Below the pieces are notes generated by a model. The model was not told the origin of the DNA and did not search any database. It worked only from the letters and a program-made list of their open reading frames with translations. A stretch of DNA of 64,000 bases from Patescibacteria group bacterium (lineage in GTDB: Bacteria; Patescibacteriota; Minisyncoccia; Phycocordibacterales; BOKC01): contig JBBTWE010000001.1 of assembly GCA_038062955.1 (NCBI GenBank), forward strand, positions 389,640-453,639, in the 5' to 3' direction. The position numbers and the translations under genes are program-made. The number at the start of each line of letters is the position of its first letter. The first letter of the stretch is position 1. Positions 28,050 through 36,641 of this stretch are shown here, in pieces.

Positions 28050-29990
28050 ATGAAGAAAAACTCTAACCCCAAAACTATTCCCCAAACCATTAAAGGAACT
28101 ATCAAAATAAACTTCCGAGGTATTGGTTATTTAAAAGTTTTAGACCTAAAAGAAGATATTGAAATTGAGAACTTCAACCTCAAAACAGCTCTCAACAACG
28201 ACGAAGTCGAAGTGAGGTTGCTTTCCAAAACAAAAGAAAAAAGACAACAGGGCGAAGTAGTGAATATCCTAAAGCGTTCGAAAGATCAATTTGTGGGTAT
28301 CGTAGAAAAAAAAGGCGTCACTTTCTTTCTTAAAGCAGACGACAGAAAGCTTTACAGGGACATTATTATTGAAGCGGGGGCAAACGACTCTCAAATTATT
28401 GGCAAGAAAGTCTTAGTCAAAATTACTTCGTGGGGAGACGCGAAGAAAAATCCTGAAGGTAAACTTGTTGAAGTTTTGGGAGATAAAGGCTCTCATGAAG
28501 TTGAGATTCGATCGATCGTCCTTGAGCGAGGATTAGATATGGAATTTCCGAAGGATGTGGAAGACGAGGCAAAGAAAGTCGCGGAAGAATCTGTGAGAAA
28601 AATGCGTGAGGGAGGAATTGAAGGCCGTCGAGATTTTCGCAGTACACCAACATGCACTATTGACCCAGTAGACGCGAAAGATTTTGACGATGCTCTTTCT
28701 CTCGTCATAAACAAAGATGGAACTTTGGAAGTGGGTGTTCATATCGCAGACGTTTCCCATTATGTGAGAGAAGGGAGCCATCTCGACCAAGAAGCGATAA
28801 AAAGAGGGTTTTCAATTTATCTGGTTGATCGCACCATTCCCATGCTCCCGGAAATTCTTTCAAACGAACTTTGCAGTTTAAACCCAGATGAAGACAGATT
28901 AGCTTTTTCTGCTGTCTTTAAAATGGATCGCAAAGGAAAAGTGTTAAGTCGTTGGTTTGGTAAAAGCATTATTCGATCACAAAAGAGATTTTCATACGAA
29001 GAAGCCCAAAAGACCTTAAACGAAAAGACAGGAAAGTTTTTTGAAGAATTGGATATTTTAAACAATATCTCCAAGAACTTAAGACAAGAAAGATTCCGTT
29101 CTGGCGCAATTGATTTCGATACTGATGAAGTTCGTTTTGAGCTTGATCCTATGGGTAAGCCGATAAGAGTTTTTAGAAAAGCCAGACTCGAGACGCACAA
29201 ATTAGTTGAAGAACTCATGTTGCTTGCCAATAAAGAAGTGGCGAAATTCGTTTTTGAGAAAAATAAAAAAGGCTCCGGTTTTATTTTCAGGACCCACGAT
29301 ATGCCGGACAAAGAAAAGATAAAAAGTCTCTCTGTTTTTTTGAGAGCTCTTGGTTACACATTAAAACTCGATAATATAGGATCGGTTTCTTCCAAAGACT
29401 TGAATGCTCTCTTTACCCAAATAGAGGGCAAAGCCGAAGAGTCGCTTATAAAAACAGCAGCGGTGCGTTCAATGGCCAAAGCGATTTATTCCACAAGAAA
29501 TAGCGGGCATTTTGGCTTGGCTTTCGATTATTACACTCACTTCACTTCCCCGATTAGAAGATATCCCGATTTGCTAGTTCATCGTTTTTTGGAGAAATCA
29601 TTGCAAGGGAAAAAACTCACAGAAGATCTACAAAAATTTCAAAAGTTGGCCGCAGAAATGTCGGAAAAAGAAATAAAAGTCAGTGAAGCCGAAAGAGCGT
29701 CGATTAAATACAAACAGGTTGAATTTATGCTTCCAAATATTGGGAAGACTTTCAGTGGTGTGATTTCCGGCATTACCGAATGGGGTATTTATGTTGAAGA
29801 AATTGAAACTCGGGCAGAAGGCATGATTAAACTTCGAGATATAGGCGATGATTTCTACGAATTGAATGAAAAACAATATTCTTTGATCGGTAAAAAAACT
29901 AAAAGAAAATTCCAACTTGGAGATAAAGTGCAAATTAAAGTTAAAAGAGTGGACTTAGATCAAAAGCAAATCGATTACGCTCTAGTGTAG
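28050..29990 (+). CDS. rnr: RNase R / RNase II-family 3'-5' exoribonuclease
   Basis: RNB catalytic motif IDPVDAKDFDDALSL, C-terminal S1 domain; start at MKKNSNPK, because the longer track ORF would overlap rpsP. Confidence 0.9.
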   Translation: MKKNSNPKTIPQTIKGTIKINFRGIGYLKVLDLKEDIEIENFNLKTALNNDEVEVRLLSKTKEKRQQGEVVNILKRSKDQFVGIVEKKGVTFFLKADDRKLYRDIIIEAGANDSQIIGKKVLVKITSWGDAKKNPEGKLVEVLGDKGSHEVEIRSIVLERGLDMEFPKDVEDEAKKVAEESVRKMREGGIEGRRDFRSTPTCTIDPVDAKDFDDALSLVINKDGTLEVGVHIADVSHYVREGSHLDQEAIKRGFSIYLVDRTIPMLPEILSNELCSLNPDEDRLAFSAVFKMDRKGKVLSRWFGKSIIRSQKRFSYEEAQKTLNEKTGKFFEELDILNNISKNLRQERFRSGAIDFDTDEVRFELDPMGKPIRVFRKARLETHKLVEELMLLANKEVAKFVFEKNKKGSGFIFRTHDMPDKEKIKSLSVFLRALGYTLKLDNIGSVSSKDLNALFTQIEGKAEESLIKTAAVRSMAKAIYSTRNSGHFGLAFDYYTHFTSPIRRYPDLLVHRFLEKSLQGKKLTEDLQKFQKLAAEMSEKEIKVSEAERASIKYKQVEFMLPNIGKTFSGVISGITEWGIYVEEIETRAEGMIKLRDIGDDFYELNEKQYSLIGKKTKRKFQLGDKVQIKVKRVDLDQKQIDYALV

Positions 29991-30053
29991 TGCTGTGAAT
30001 CACAAAACTCCTTTCTCGGCACATGTTGTATTTTTAATTGGGTGGATGATAAT

Positions 30054-30104
30054 AAAAAAAACCCTGGTCCTCCCACCCACCGTCGCTTGAAGGGGAAGGA
30101 CCAG
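30054..30104 (-). terminator. Rho-independent terminator of the island-E fragment
   Basis: Hairpin ctggtccttcccc-N17-gggaggaccag followed on the minus strand by T9. Confidence 0.55.
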
Positions 30105-30232
30105 AGTCGAGAATCAATATCATTGTCTGCGTGCCAGCTTTCAAGACACTGACTCTCTATCTAACCACACGAAGCACATCTTCCTGATGGTTCAGCCTGG
30201 AGCAATCCAGACCACCAGAAAGCATCTATCTT
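30105..30232 (-). other. GC-rich remnant (island E): probable 3' fragment of a family-A/B-type gene, or alternatively a ~175-nt sRNA
   Basis: ~50% GC; residual frame MLSGGLDCSRLNHQEDVLRVVR resembles the C-terminus of the 32935-33426 product (SCGGLDHFRYARQV); extended -10 TGaTATAAA upstream. Confidence 0.35.
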
Positions 30233-30308
30233 ATTTATATCACAAACAAAAAAGAATACAATCTCCTTTATTCGAACTTGAACAGGTATCGTAGAAAGTT
30301 TCTTTATA

Positions 30309-30347
30309 CTAAAAAACAGGCCCAGGAACTACGAGTTCCGGGGCCTG
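30309..30347 (-). terminator. Rho-independent terminator of the SMC-like gene
   Basis: ggccccggaact-cgt-agttcctgggcc hairpin followed on the minus strand by TGTTTTTTAG, 85 nt after the stop. Confidence 0.6.
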
Positions 30348-30430
30348 AGTTCTATGCATGCCATGATAGCCTCTGACAGGTGTTTTACCACGGCATTTGT
30401 TTATGCTAATTAATAAAGAGAAAAAGTCAA

Positions 30431-32665
30431 CTACTTGGCGACAGCCAACGCCTCCTCAAACGCCACCGATAGGATTTTAGAATATCCATCTTTGCCCATA
30501 GTTACCCCATAGAGCACTCCAGCGCGTGACATCGTTTCTCGATTGTGAGTAATTAAAATAAGCTGTGAACTTTTGGCGAGGGACTCGAGCATGTCTCCAT
30601 AACGCTTTGAATTAGCTTCATCGAGAGCCGCATCTGTTTCGTCCAAGATAAGAAATGGTGGAGGGTTTACTTGAGAGACAGCAAAAATTAAAGCAATTGA
30701 AATAAGTGACCTCTCGCCACCAGAGAGCATCTCAAGTCCCCTTACTTTTTTCCGAGGCATGGATACTTTTATATCTAATCCTTCTCGCTCTTCCTCATCT
30801 CCAATAAAATCTGGATTATTTTCATCCAAAATCTCACCAGCCTCATCTTCGTCATTTTTCTTTTTTCTCATTCTTTCTTTTACCACAGTTAAGCTGGCCG
30901 ATCCCCCGTCGAACATGAGAGCAAATAGAGTATTAAATCTGTCGTTTATTTTTAGAACTCCACTTTTAAAACTTTCATTAAGCTCAACTTCCAAATCTTT
31001 TATAAGTTTCTTTAAAGAGTCTGATGAGGTTTGGAGATCTGCAAGTTCCTTTTCTAAGAAGATATCTCGCGCAGTAATATCATTAAATTCTTTCTCGACA
31101 TCAGGGCCAATTCCCCCAGCTTCCTCAAGTCTGATTTTTATTTTTTCGATCTCGCGTTTAAGAGCAATACGATCAGCATTCGGGGCAACTTTCGCCTCTT
31201 TTTTTAGAAAATCCAAGACAGCCTCACCGGAAACGACTTTCGCCTCTTTAAGATCATTTTGAAAATTTTGTTCTTCAAAAGAAAGTCTTTTTTCTGATTC
31301 TTCCAAATGATAAATTGCCGCCCGCAAGGAACTTTCCTCGGCTTTCATCCGAAAAACACTTCTTTCTAGGTCTCGACTAACATCCTTTTCCTTCTCTATT
31401 TCATCCTGCAAAATCTTAAAAGAATTCTGAATATCTTCCTCTCTCTTTCTCGTGCCGACTATCTTTAATTCTAGTGTCGATTTCTCTCCCTCCAAACGCG
31501 CTAGTTCAACCTCATAATTATTATCTTTTTCTACAACCTTTTCGCTACGCAATAAACTGGAAATTCCTTGAAGAAATTTTTTGAAAATGCTCTTTAAAAA
31601 AGAAATATCAGTACTATTTTCAATTTTTGCAGAAAAATCTTTTAATTCTTTTTCCAGTTTTTCTACTTCTTCTCGCGAGATATTAAGCTTTTCTATACTA
31701 GTATTTTTATTTAGTTCGATTACTCTTTTTAAAGAGGCAATCTGTCCTTCAAACCGGCCCAAATTGCGAGTCAACGAATCTTTCTCAACTCTTAATTCAC
31801 CTAAACTTTTCTCCAAATCAAAAAGCCTTGTTTTTTTCTCATCCGGTGCGCCGGTTTTGAGCATTTTGGTCTTAACCTGTAATTCTTTTTCGAGCCTCAC
31901 CAAAGAAGCTTGAGGAACGTTTTTTTCTCCAACCAATCTTTCTTTTTCGCGGTCGAGGTAAGCGCGCTCCAAGGTCAAATATCCGCCAAAAATTTTTCGG
32001 AGTTCGAGACGGAGTTCTTTATTCTTCTGCAGCTTTTCAAACTGTCGCTTTAAAAATTTAATGTGAGGCGAAAGCTCGCGGCGGAGAGAGCCGACTTGTT
32101 TTATATTTTCTTCAGTCTTAAGTAGTTTCTTCTCGCTTTCTTGTTTTTTATAGTGATAGATTCGGAGCCCCAAAGCGTCCTCAATCATTGCCTTCCTCTC
32201 AGGCATTTTGGCATTTAAAATTTTATCTGCCTCTCCTTGAGAGATGATGTGATGTCCTGATGGTCCAATATGAGTTGGCGCAAGCATCTCAACAATATCC
32301 CGAAGGCGTACTTGAGTGCCATTTAAAAAATATTCATTTACTCCGTCTCGATAAACAGCTCTTTCCACCGTCACCTCCTCAAAATCAAGATTTAAAAATT
32401 TCTTGCGATTATCAAAAGTTATTTTAACTGAAGCTCGTGAGCTTTTTGGCATTTCAGTTGTGCCGTTCCAAATCAAATCTTCACCCTTCCTACCACGCAT
32501 GGATTTAATCGATTGCTCGCCTAAGGCAAAACGAAAAGCTTCCGCCACATTAGACTTACCTGAACCGTTTGGTCCCACAATCGAAGTAATTGGGCTACCA
32601 AATTCCAAAACCGATTTTTTGGCAAATGATTTGAAACCCTGAAGTTCTAATCTTTTTAACATCAT
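30431..32665 (-). CDS. smc: Short SMC-like ABC-type ATPase (744 aa)
   Basis: N-terminal Walker A GPNGSGKSN, extensive coiled coil, C-terminal signature LSGGERSLISIAL and Walker B ILDETDAALD. Confidence 0.85.
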   Translation of the reverse strand: MMLKRLELQGFKSFAKKSVLEFGSPITSIVGPNGSGKSNVAEAFRFALGEQSIKSMRGRKGEDLIWNGTTEMPKSSRASVKITFDNRKKFLNLDFEEVTVERAVYRDGVNEYFLNGTQVRLRDIVEMLAPTHIGPSGHHIISQGEADKILNAKMPERKAMIEDALGLRIYHYKKQESEKKLLKTEENIKQVGSLRRELSPHIKFLKRQFEKLQKNKELRLELRKIFGGYLTLERAYLDREKERLVGEKNVPQASLVRLEKELQVKTKMLKTGAPDEKKTRLFDLEKSLGELRVEKDSLTRNLGRFEGQIASLKRVIELNKNTSIEKLNISREEVEKLEKELKDFSAKIENSTDISFLKSIFKKFLQGISSLLRSEKVVEKDNNYEVELARLEGEKSTLELKIVGTRKREEDIQNSFKILQDEIEKEKDVSRDLERSVFRMKAEESSLRAAIYHLEESEKRLSFEEQNFQNDLKEAKVVSGEAVLDFLKKEAKVAPNADRIALKREIEKIKIRLEEAGGIGPDVEKEFNDITARDIFLEKELADLQTSSDSLKKLIKDLEVELNESFKSGVLKINDRFNTLFALMFDGGSASLTVVKERMRKKKNDEDEAGEILDENNPDFIGDEEEREGLDIKVSMPRKKVRGLEMLSGGERSLISIALIFAVSQVNPPPFLILDETDAALDEANSKRYGDMLESLAKSSQLILITHNRETMSRAGVLYGVTMGKDGYSKILSVAFEEALAVAK

Positions 32666-32828
32666 TAAATTACAGATTCACGATTCATGATTCAAGAATT
32701 TAAGATTTCCCATTCATGAATCGTGGTTCTTGAATCTTGAATCTATTTTATAACGAAATGGAAAAACAGGCACTATCCAAAAAGATTTAAGATTTACGAT
32801 ATATGATTTACGATTTGAAATTCAAGAC

Positions 32829-32867
32829 AAAAAGAAAGGGCGACCATGGTTTTAGCCTTGGTCGCCC
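32829..32867 (-). terminator. Rho-independent terminator of the island-B gene
   Basis: gggcgacca-N12-tggtcgccc hairpin followed on the minus strand by TTTCTTTTTG. Confidence 0.6.
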
Positions 32868-32899
32868 GTCTACAGGTGTCGACGCCTAACCCGTCGACC
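32865..32899. repeat. GC motif family 5 copy (reverse orientation) in the 3' UTR of the island-B gene
   Basis: Reverse complement GGTCGACGGGTTAGGCGTCGACACCTGTAGACGG differs at 1 position from 880-912. Confidence 0.55.
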
Positions 32900-32934
32900 C
32901 TCGTTGTTGTTCTCACTGACTGGTTGTATATTGA

Positions 32935-33426
32935 TCACACGATCGGCAGCACAGCCGACACTTGCCTGGCATACCGGAAGTGGTCGAGCCCACCGCAGGA
33001 CCACCCCCACTGCCCGCTCGAATCGCGACGCAGAATGAGCACGCAACGACTGCCGCTCGGGTCGAGGAGAACATCACCGAAGAAGTCGAGGTAAGTGATG
33101 TTCTGTGTTCGGAACAATGTTTCGAGCACACTATTCTCCTTGAGGGCTTCCCAATCTCTCCAGAGACCGAGGAAGACATCGGCACCCAGACGGATCTTGT
33201 TGCCAGCCTTGAGACGTTCGAACTTCTCTTCGCAGGTGATTCGTATCTCTCCCTGCTTGAGGCAAGAGACGAGTTTCACCTTGGAGAAATCGACAGATTT
33301 CAAACCGTCCTTCAGTGAATCGTGATCCTCAAAGACGAGTTTCCACTCTTCACTCAAAAAATCCTTCACGTCGAATGGAACGGCGGTGACGATGAGATTG
33401 CTGGATGGAGTTGCTGACTGACACAT
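32935..33426 (-). CDS. Hypothetical protein, 163 aa, GC-rich island family member B
   Basis: AAGGAGG 5 nt upstream of the ATG; ~54% GC; FGDVLLDPSGSRCVLILRRDSSGQWGW matches the family motif; TGA stop. Confidence 0.6.
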   Translation of the reverse strand: MCQSATPSSNLIVTAVPFDVKDFLSEEWKLVFEDHDSLKDGLKSVDFSKVKLVSCLKQGEIRITCEEKFERLKAGNKIRLGADVFLGLWRDWEALKENSVLETLFRTQNITYLDFFGDVLLDPSGSRCVLILRRDSSGQWGWSCGGLDHFRYARQVSAVLPIV

Positions 33427-33620
33427 AACACACCTCCTTGATGTGTTTGGTAGTTGATTTGTGGCTTAGCGAAATTGTCTGCCTCATCGGCAGATAAACT
33501 TTGCCACAGCAGGAGATAGCTCTCATTTAAGAGAGCGAGCATCTGCTGTGGCAAAACCCGCCTTTGTTCAACTACGGCGTGGCAAGTCAGTGAGTTTTGA
33601 ATGAACAATTTTCTGTTTTT

Positions 33621-33649
33621 AGAGTACACCCATTCGTCTATTTTGTCAA
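33621..33649 (-). promoter_or_regulatory. Putative promoter of the island-B gene
   Basis: Minus strand TTGACA-aaatagacgaatgggtg-TACTCT; the -35 plus AAATAGAC is shared with the island-D promoter. Confidence 0.4.
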
Positions 33650-33688
33650 CCCCGTAGTGAAATTTGCCCAGCAAATTCTACTACGGGG
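33650..33688. repeat. Hairpin repeat family 1, short form, immediately flanking the island-B -35 box
   Basis: ccccgtagtgaaatttg-cccagc-aaattctactacgggg. Confidence 0.55.
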
Positions 33689-33792
33689 TCAAGCAAAAAC
33701 AGATACACAAAAAACCTAGTATTTTAGGCATATTTTAGATTTTCCTAGCCCCTACCGCGAATGACAAAACTCGTCGAAATCATAGTTTTTGA

Positions 33793-33854
33793 GAGACATT
33801 GCGCAGGCTGTCGAGCCGAGCATAGCAAAAATCTAGCAAGATTTTATGCGCGTC
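33793..33854. repeat. Repeat family 4 copy (ACATTGCG...GAGCATAG.AAAAAT.TAGCAA.ATTTTAT.CGCG)
   Basis: Homologous to the core of 61234-61326. Confidence 0.45.
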
Positions 33855-33898
33855 TATCAAAAACTTATGATGAGAAAGAGGTTTGTAATTCACAACTA

Positions 33899-33964
33899 GT
33901 CAGAAATTTTATATCACTTCGTGATAAAAAATCTTCTGACATGATTTCTGTAGTGCAGAAATCA
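33899..33964. repeat. Twin-hairpin repeat family 3, copy 2, ending at the rnc stop codon
   Basis: GTCAG...CTGAC versus GTCGG...CCGAC in copy 1: a compensatory pair change. Confidence 0.6.
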
Positions 33965-34648
33965 CCATCCCTTCTCCTTCAGAGCGTTTTTTGCCGCGAT
34001 TTGTTCAGCATCTTGTTTTGACTCTCCTTCCCCTTCAGCAATTTTTTCTTCCCCTAAAAATACTCCGGAAGTAAAGCGTTTGTCGTGATCTGGTCCAATT
34101 TCTTTTAAAACTTTGTAGGCTGGAGTGAAGCCTGTGATCTCCTGGGCCTTTTCTTGAAAAAGACTTTTAGCGTCAAGCCAGGTCTTTGTCCTTATAATAT
34201 CGTCAGTTCCCGGAGTAACAAATCTTAAAATAAACTTTTTAGCCTCCTCGTAGCCGCGATCAAGATAAATTGCGCCAATAATCGATTCAAGAGTGTTTGC
34301 CAGAATAATGTTCCTTGCCCGACCTGTGTCTTTTGCTTCTCCTTTAGAAAGAAGTAGAAAATCATTCACGTTAAGTTCACCTGCTACTTTGGCGCAATTT
34401 ACAGCATTCACTAAAGCCGCTCGGTAGCTTGTTAAATCACCTTCTGTTTTATTTGGAAAACGTTCAAAAAGAAATTCTGTTACCACAAGCTCAAGCACTG
34501 CATCACCCAAAAATTCTAGCCTTTCATTGTGTGCAAGACCTAAATTTTTTTGTTCATTTAGATATGAACGGTGAATAAACGCTTGCTCGAGCAAGTTCTT
34601 ATCTTTAAAATTTAATCCTGCTATTTCTTCAAATTTAGAGAAATCCAT
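33962..34648 (-). CDS. rnc: Ribonuclease III
   Basis: NERLEFLGDAVLELVV signature, catalytic E/D residues, C-terminal dsRBD. Confidence 0.92.
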   Translation of the reverse strand: MDFSKFEEIAGLNFKDKNLLEQAFIHRSYLNEQKNLGLAHNERLEFLGDAVLELVVTEFLFERFPNKTEGDLTSYRAALVNAVNCAKVAGELNVNDFLLLSKGEAKDTGRARNIILANTLESIIGAIYLDRGYEEAKKFILRFVTPGTDDIIRTKTWLDAKSLFQEKAQEITGFTPAYKVLKEIGPDHDKRFTSGVFLGEEKIAEGEGESKQDAEQIAAKNALKEKGW

Positions 34649-34785
34649 CCCGTAGTAGAAAATGGCATCATTTGCTCGCCATTCTTAATTTAACTTGTAA
34701 TATCTTAATATTGTAATACAAACTCTATCTTATATCTTAAGTATTATCTCTCGCAAATAAGAGCTATGCCATTTTTCACTACGGG
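34649..34785. repeat. Hairpin repeat family 1, copy 3, abutting the rnc ATG
   Basis: cccgtagtagaaaatggcat ... atgccatttttcactacggg around a ~100-bp AT-rich core. Confidence 0.65.
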
Positions 34786-34803
34786 ATCCATTTATTTTAC
34801 TGC

Positions 34804-35703
34804 CTATCCTTTGGTCGCCAAAATCTTTATCGCTTCGGTTACAACCGGCATAATATCATCATAGAAATTGAGGTCCAAAATATCTTTGAGTTTAAACCAT
34901 CTTGCATCATCCAACCCGCCAGACTCACCTAATTTTAATTCAACAAAAGGAGCTTCGGCTAGAAAATATTTTACAATTTTTCTGATCTTGCCCTTTTCTG
35001 GATCATAGGCAATGTACTGGTTCATACCAATCCCAGTTTGAGGCACAGCTTCAATTCCCAATTCTTTTTTGATGACTCTAGAAACACCCACATGTTCATC
35101 TTCACCGCTTTCTAATTTGCCTTTGGATAATGTCCAATGTCCAAACACATCGTGGACAAGCGGAAGAAAAATATCATTCTTTTCTTTGGCATAAACCAGC
35201 GCGCCAACAAGCATTTCAGTAGGCAAATTTTTATCCGATCCGTGATTTTTTGAATTTTTCTTGGGAGCCTCATTTTTCCCCGGTTCCCCCATTTCTTTAT
35301 AAACAGAGCCTAAAACTCCGTTTATAAACCGACTACTATTTTCTCCACCAAAAGCTTTAGCAAGTTCAATTGCTTCATTTATCGCAACTTTAGCCGGAAC
35401 TTCCTTTCTATCAGAAAATAGAAGTTCATAGAGACCAATTCTTAAAATATTGCGATCAATAATTGAAATTTTTTCCAAAGGCCAGTCTGGAGCGGCTTTC
35501 GTAATGATCGTGTCTAAGTCATTTCTTCGAGATAGAACATTCTCAAACAAAGACTTCATAAAATCCATATCTCCATGATTAGGAGCAAATTCTTTGGCAT
35601 TTCGAGAAAAAATATCTAGAGATTCTGACTCTGGAGACTTTTTAAAATCCCATTCAAAAAGAGATTGAAGAACTATGGATCTCGAAAGGTGTCTGTTAGA
35701 CAT
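34804..35703 (-). CDS. nusB: NusB antitermination factor fused to a C-terminal Nudix hydrolase domain
   Basis: NusB core VPAKVAINEAIELAKAFGGENSSRFINGVLG; Nudix box GKLESGEDEHVGVSRVIKKELGI (G-x5-E-x7-R-x3-EL-G). Confidence 0.85.
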   Translation of the reverse strand: MSNRHLSRSIVLQSLFEWDFKKSPESESLDIFSRNAKEFAPNHGDMDFMKSLFENVLSRRNDLDTIITKAAPDWPLEKISIIDRNILRIGLYELLFSDRKEVPAKVAINEAIELAKAFGGENSSRFINGVLGSVYKEMGEPGKNEAPKKNSKNHGSDKNLPTEMLVGALVYAKEKNDIFLPLVHDVFGHWTLSKGKLESGEDEHVGVSRVIKKELGIEAVPQTGIGMNQYIAYDPEKGKIRKIVKYFLAEAPFVELKLGESGGLDDARWFKLKDILDLNFYDDIMPVVTEAIKILATKG

Positions 35704-35743
35704 TGAGTTTTAAAAGAAACTCTAAAGAACAACTTATAGGCGT

Positions 35744-35980
35744 TTATTTTGTAGCGGAATTTTCTTTCTCCTGTTTCAGTCTTTTCTTTTCTTTCTTTTC
35801 TACCTTTGAAAGTATACCTAAAACATCCCTGCCTTTGTATTTACCGCAAATCTGGCAAACCTGATGGTTGTTTTTCAACGAACCACAATCAGCGCATTTA
35901 ACAAAATCGCGCGTTTTAAGCTTATGATGAGCCCTGCGATTAGCAGTGTGAGCTCTTGTACTGCGCATTCTTACAACCAT
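35744..35980 (-). CDS. rpmF: 50S ribosomal protein L32
   Basis: N-terminal RRAHHKL and Zn-ribbon CADCGSLKNNHQVCQICGKYKGR. Confidence 0.85.
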   Translation of the reverse strand: MVVRMRSTRAHTANRRAHHKLKTRDFVKCADCGSLKNNHQVCQICGKYKGRDVLGILSKVEKKEKKRLKQEKENSATK

Positions 35981-36021
35981 AATAGGGAGAAGTATAGATT
36001 AAATAGGAAAAAATTGCAAAA

Positions 36022-36621
36022 TTAAAGAACATTCTTTAGAAAGGTAAGGCGGTGTATTTTTGATGGGCCATATTTTTTAATCATCGAAATATGTTCCTCT
36101 GTACCATAGCCCTTGTGATTTTTAAAGCCATAATTCGAATATTTTTTATCCATTTTCACCATAAAAGCGTCCCTATATACTTTGGCCACGACCGAAGCGC
36201 AACTTATCACTTTTATTTTTTGGTCCCCTCTTATAACTGTCTTTTGAAAAGCGTATTCTTTCGGCGCATGGAGCAAACCATCAAGCATCACCTGACATTC
36301 TTTTGGTGCAAGGTTAAGTTTTTTTAAACATTTAGAAATAGCCACTCTAACCGCTTTTGAAATTCCATGCGTATCAATATAATCGGCCGACATTGAAGAA
36401 ATAGAAAAATTTATAAATCCTTTCAGCGCCGCATCATGGGCAATTTTTGACAATTTCTCGCGTTTCGAAGAAGAAAGTTTTTTGGAATCTCTAAAATCTT
36501 TAAGTAAATTTTTGCTATACTTTAACCTAAGGCTGATCGGCAAACAAAAAGCACAGACAGTAACAGGACCAGCAAGCGGCCCTCGCCCAACCTCATCAAT
36601 TCCTATAAGATATTTAACCAT
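36022..36621 (-). CDS. rnhB: Ribonuclease HII
   Basis: IGIDEVGRGPLAGPVTVCA catalytic N-terminus. Confidence 0.92.
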   Translation of the reverse strand: MVKYLIGIDEVGRGPLAGPVTVCAFCLPISLRLKYSKNLLKDFRDSKKLSSSKREKLSKIAHDAALKGFINFSISSMSADYIDTHGISKAVRVAISKCLKKLNLAPKECQVMLDGLLHAPKEYAFQKTVIRGDQKIKVISCASVVAKVYRDAFMVKMDKKYSNYGFKNHKGYGTEEHISMIKKYGPSKIHRLTFLKNVL

Positions 36622-36641
36622 ACAAGTATTCTACCAACATT

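Noticed and set aside
30054-30232. 6S RNA or SRP RNA assignment for the island-E segment
   Set aside because: The length (~175 nt) and terminator fit, but I could not find the SRP domain-IV motif (GGAA loop / AGCAGC) or a convincing 6S end-to-end helix. Similarity to the 3' end of the island-B gene gives a simpler explanation. It is left open as an alternative.
33366-33674. 102-aa minus-strand ORF
   Set aside because: It overlaps the predicted promoter, leader and family-1 hairpin of the island-B gene and has no SD sequence. It is likely a chance frame in GC-rich DNA.
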